A stretch of 64,000 nt of DNA, taken from positions 9,559-73,558 of the forward strand of contig JAHCSE010000001.1 in assembly GCA_018609195.1 (NCBI GenBank). The letters run 5' to 3'. The DNA comes from Patescibacteria group bacterium (lineage in GTDB: Bacteria; Patescibacteriota; Minisyncoccia; Minisyncoccales; RBG-13-36-15). Below, in pieces: positions 61,614-64,000 of the stretch (the stretch's first letter is position 1; each line of letters opens with the position of its first letter). The translations under genes were made by a program, and so were the position numbers. A model generated the notes under the pieces. That model worked only from the letters and a program-made list of their open reading frames with translations. It searched no databases and was not told the origin of the DNA.

Positions 61614-61730
61614 AGATTTATTTGAATAAAGTATAATCCGACCTTTTCCCCCACCACTTTTTGATTCGCTTCGCGAATGAGTCCATGAATATATCCAAAA
61701 GTGGTGGGGGATTTTTATCTCATATCAACT

Positions 61731-62225
61731 TTACCAAGTATTTTTAATCTTGGCAAGCCCGCCTAAGTTTTTTTTCAAAAAATTTGGGTGGGCAAGGATT
61801 TTTGAAATAGCCTCCCTTGGTCTAATTTTATCTGTATTTATAGAAAGATCAGGTTTTAAAGGTTTTTCCATTTCTCGGTTTAAAATGTGAATAACTTTAT
61901 CTGGAAGGCTTGGCTTCCTTTCTTTATTTCTTTTGAGACAAGTTTCTAAAGAGCAATAAAGATAAATAGTTAAAGCTTTCTTTGAATTTACTAATTTGTA
62001 CACCATATTTTGCCACTTTCTTTTATAAAAAGTGGCATCAATTAAAAGAAAATCTACCTTGTTTTTATTCTCCTTAACAATTTTCCCAATTTTTTCGTAG
62101 ATTCTGCCTGAAATTTTATCAGAGGAGAAAAGCTTTACAGTCCCGAGCTTTTGGAGTTTTCTGGCCAAAAGCCGAGCAATAGTCGATTTTCCCACGCCGG
62201 GAATTCCAGAAAAAATTATAATCAT
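61731..62225 (-). CDS. P-loop kinase-like ATPase
   Basis: 164 aa; IIIFSGIPGVGKST Walker A motif. Confidence 0.5.
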   Translation of the reverse strand: MIIIFSGIPGVGKSTIARLLARKLQKLGTVKLFSSDKISGRIYEKIGKIVKENKNKVDFLLIDATFYKRKWQNMVYKLVNSKKALTIYLYCSLETCLKRNKERKPSLPDKVIHILNREMEKPLKPDLSINTDKIRPREAISKILAHPNFLKKNLGGLAKIKNTW

Positions 62226-62337
62226 AATATTTTAAATCTGCCAAAATCATTCATATCTTAGGGCATCGGCTGGTTTAAATCTGGCTGCTCGGATTTATTT
62301 ATACAAAGTCTGCTCCTCTACGATGCGAAACTAGAGG

Positions 62338-62664
62338 CTATTTTAATTCTCCTTTTATCCAATTGATATAATCTTTGTTCATGCCTTTAATTTCAATAAA
62401 CCCAATAAAGGGAAGCTTGTCTGAATGAAGTCTTTTTACTTCCTTTGCCACCAAATTATATTTCTCTTTGAAGGTTTCAATAATTAAAGTGGCCCCTTTC
62501 GCTTTCTCAATCTTTCCACTTTTTGGGGGCCAATAGTAAACAGCCAAGTGCCGGGGAATGATATCAAAACAAACTGAGGACCTCTTTTTTAATATTTTCT
62601 CCCCTATGAATTTTGCTTCTTTTATACTATTGCAATTGACTAAAATCCAAATTACTTGAGTCAT
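62338..62664 (-). CDS. cutA: CutA-like divalent-cation tolerance protein
   Basis: Core VIWILVNCNS...VCFDIIP...YYWPPKSGKIEKAKGATLIIET. Start trimmed to MTQVIW, since the track ORF overlaps nth by more than 100 nt. Confidence 0.55.
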   Translation of the reverse strand: MTQVIWILVNCNSIKEAKFIGEKILKKRSSVCFDIIPRHLAVYYWPPKSGKIEKAKGATLIIETFKEKYNLVAKEVKRLHSDKLPFIGFIEIKGMNKDYINWIKGELK

Positions 62665-62668
62665 AAAA

Positions 62669-63346
62669 TTAACGTGATGTAAACCAACGATTGGCAGCAG
62701 GAGGATAGATTTTTGTGAGAGGGTGAGATTTACAATCGTGCGATCTCGCAGGACAAATTTTTCTTCCATAGTCAATCATCCGATAGGTAAAATCGGACCA
62801 TTCTTTTTTTGGTAAAATTCTCATGAGATCTTTTTCGATCTTATCTGGATTTTTTGAGTCGGTTAAATCAAATTTTAAGGAAAGGCGCCTTACATGTGTA
62901 TCAACAGCTATCCCCTCTACTATTCCGTAAACATTACCTAAGACAATGTTTGCAGTCTTTCTGCCAATTCCAGGAAGCTGAGTTAATTCCTCCATACTTT
63001 TTGGAATCTTTCCTTTGTACTTTTCTTTAATAATTTTGGCAGTTGAAAGTATATTTTTTGCTTTCGTTTTATAAAGTCCTATTTCTCTGATATCTGCTTC
63101 AAATTCTTTCAAATTAGCTTTTGCATAATTATCAAGAGTTTTGTATTTTTGAAAAAGACTTTTCGTAACCTCATTAACTTTTTTATCAGTCGTTTGGGCA
63201 GACAAAACTACAGTTACCAGCAGCGCCCAATTGTTTTTATAATGTAAAGCAATTTTTGTTTTAGGAAATAATCTTTTTAACTCTTTCACAATTTTTAAAA
63301 TTCTTTCTTTTCTCTCTTGAAATTTTTTATCCTCTTTAGCGTTCAT
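62669..63346 (-). CDS. nth: endonuclease III
   Basis: HhH-GPD (LTQLPGIGRKTANIVL), catalytic K/D region, C-terminal Cys cluster. Confidence 0.85.
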   Translation of the reverse strand: MNAKEDKKFQERKERILKIVKELKRLFPKTKIALHYKNNWALLVTVVLSAQTTDKKVNEVTKSLFQKYKTLDNYAKANLKEFEADIREIGLYKTKAKNILSTAKIIKEKYKGKIPKSMEELTQLPGIGRKTANIVLGNVYGIVEGIAVDTHVRRLSLKFDLTDSKNPDKIEKDLMRILPKKEWSDFTYRMIDYGRKICPARSHDCKSHPLTKIYPPAANRWFTSR

Positions 63347-63390
63347 TCTCTTTTATTGTATTGGAATTTTAATTCCGATACAACACAGGA

Positions 63391-63512
63391 GGGGTCGGGA
63401 GGATTGGGTATCCTCCCGTATAGGAAAACAGGCTTTCAGGTGAGCGAAGCGAAGACTGAAAACGTTAGAAACCGTGGGTGTCTAAAGAACATGGTGCCGA
63501 GCGTTAGCGAGG
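63391..63512 (+). repeat. module A element, copy A6 (opposite orientation)
   Basis: Plus strand: GGGGTCGGGAGGAT-TGGGT-ATCCTCCCGTATAGGAAAACAG..GAGCGAAGCGAAG..TTAGAAACC-GTG-GGTGTCTAA.. Confidence 0.8.
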
Positions 63513-63550
63513 TCTATGTTCTTATACCGCATTTTATTCACAAACAAAAA

Positions 63551-63567
63551 AGACCCGAAACGGGTCT
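63551..63567 (-). terminator. terminator after thyX
   Basis: GACCCGTTTCGGGTC followed by TTTTTT on the minus strand. Confidence 0.65.
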
Positions 63568-63583
63568 TTGAAATACTGGCCAA

Positions 63584-64000
63584 TTACTTGTAGAGAGAAT
63601 CAATTGCATCACTTTCCCCTGTCCAATACTCTTTATACCAAGTTTGGAATAAAATTGGGAATTGCTCGGCAAAAATTTCGGCGATTTTCATAGCATACCG
63701 GCGGTGTTCCTCTTGGGCATGCCAATCACAGCGCAGGTTGAGAAAGTTAAAGAGCTCTATTCCATCGCTGTTGCGCAAAACTTGAACATAAAAACAGTAA
63801 GGAAGGAATCGTTCAGCGTACTTTGGAGGTATCCCCTTTAGTAAAAATTCTCCATAGCGGTTTCTCCGCTCTTCCACATATTCGTTAAAAGCTTGGGTTA
63901 ACGCGGTGTTCTCTCTCTGATTAAATTGTTCGAAGACATATCTCGATCCTTTGGTCTGTGCTCTCCATTGTTGGGGAATATAAAAGTGGTCAGTAATTTC
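63584..64000 (-). CDS. thyX: FAD-dependent thymidylate synthase ThyX (5' end outside window)
   Basis: The frame is open to the window edge upstream of the track's GTG start. C-terminal FLNLRCDWHAQEEHRRYA matches the ThyX NLR..LR....AQ.EIR.YA signature. Confidence 0.6.
   Translation of the reverse strand, partial: EITDHFYIPQQWRAQTKGSRYVFEQFNQRENTALTQAFNEYVEERRNRYGEFLLKGIPPKYAERFLPYCFYVQVLRNSDGIELFNFLNLRCDWHAQEEHRRYAMKIAEIFAEQFPILFQTWYKEYWTGESDAIDSLYK

Noticed and set aside
1-64000. Alternative genetic code (UGA recoding as in some CPR lineages)
   Set aside because: Conserved genes end at TGA, TAA or TAG with family-typical lengths (tpiA, for example, ends at TGA). No conserved protein is interrupted by in-frame stops.

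Overview
64-kb window from an AT-rich, gene-dense bacterial chromosome transcribed almost entirely on the minus strand. Several traits fit a small Candidate Phyla Radiation / Patescibacteria-type genome (inference): no L30 gene between S5 and L15, r-proteins with Lys/Glu-rich extensions, mostly SD-less starts, and DUF5679 and ATP-cone-endonuclease genes. Gene order by coordinate: tpiA-galT-GT2; two foreign-looking small-gene cassettes; the spc/S10/str translation operons (map-adk-secY ... rpsJ-tuf-fusA-rpsG-rpsL); rpmB, tRNA-Pro and miscellaneous housekeeping genes; a cobalamin-riboswitch-led B12 scavenging/nrdJ/cobO operon; peroxiredoxin plus Ni-SOD (sodN/sodX); an oxidative pentose-phosphate cluster (zwf-pgi-gnd, rpiB); and a ~15-kb island (46-61.6 kb). 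The island is packed with CcdA/DsbD-like thiol transporters (4 genes plus a fragment, and a fifth gene at 22.8 kb), thioredoxin-fold proteins, 2 ArsR regulators, VKOR, DsbA, an HMA protein, a cupredoxin, paired Zn-ribbon proteins and two unannotated 8-Cys micro-proteins. The most unusual signal is non-coding. A family of GC-rich multi-hairpin elements sits right after stop codons in the ribosomal/elongation-factor operons, and its stems covary between copies. At fusA and rpsJ each element is flanked by a second copy of the gene's 3' end and preceded by a segment complementary to that 3' end. A second signal is a conserved AAAGGTCGA motif, often behind a long G-capped hairpin, upstream of eight redox/metal genes. 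All calls come from reading the sequence and ORF track by eye. No database search was run, and coordinates of non-ORF features may be off by 1-3 nt.
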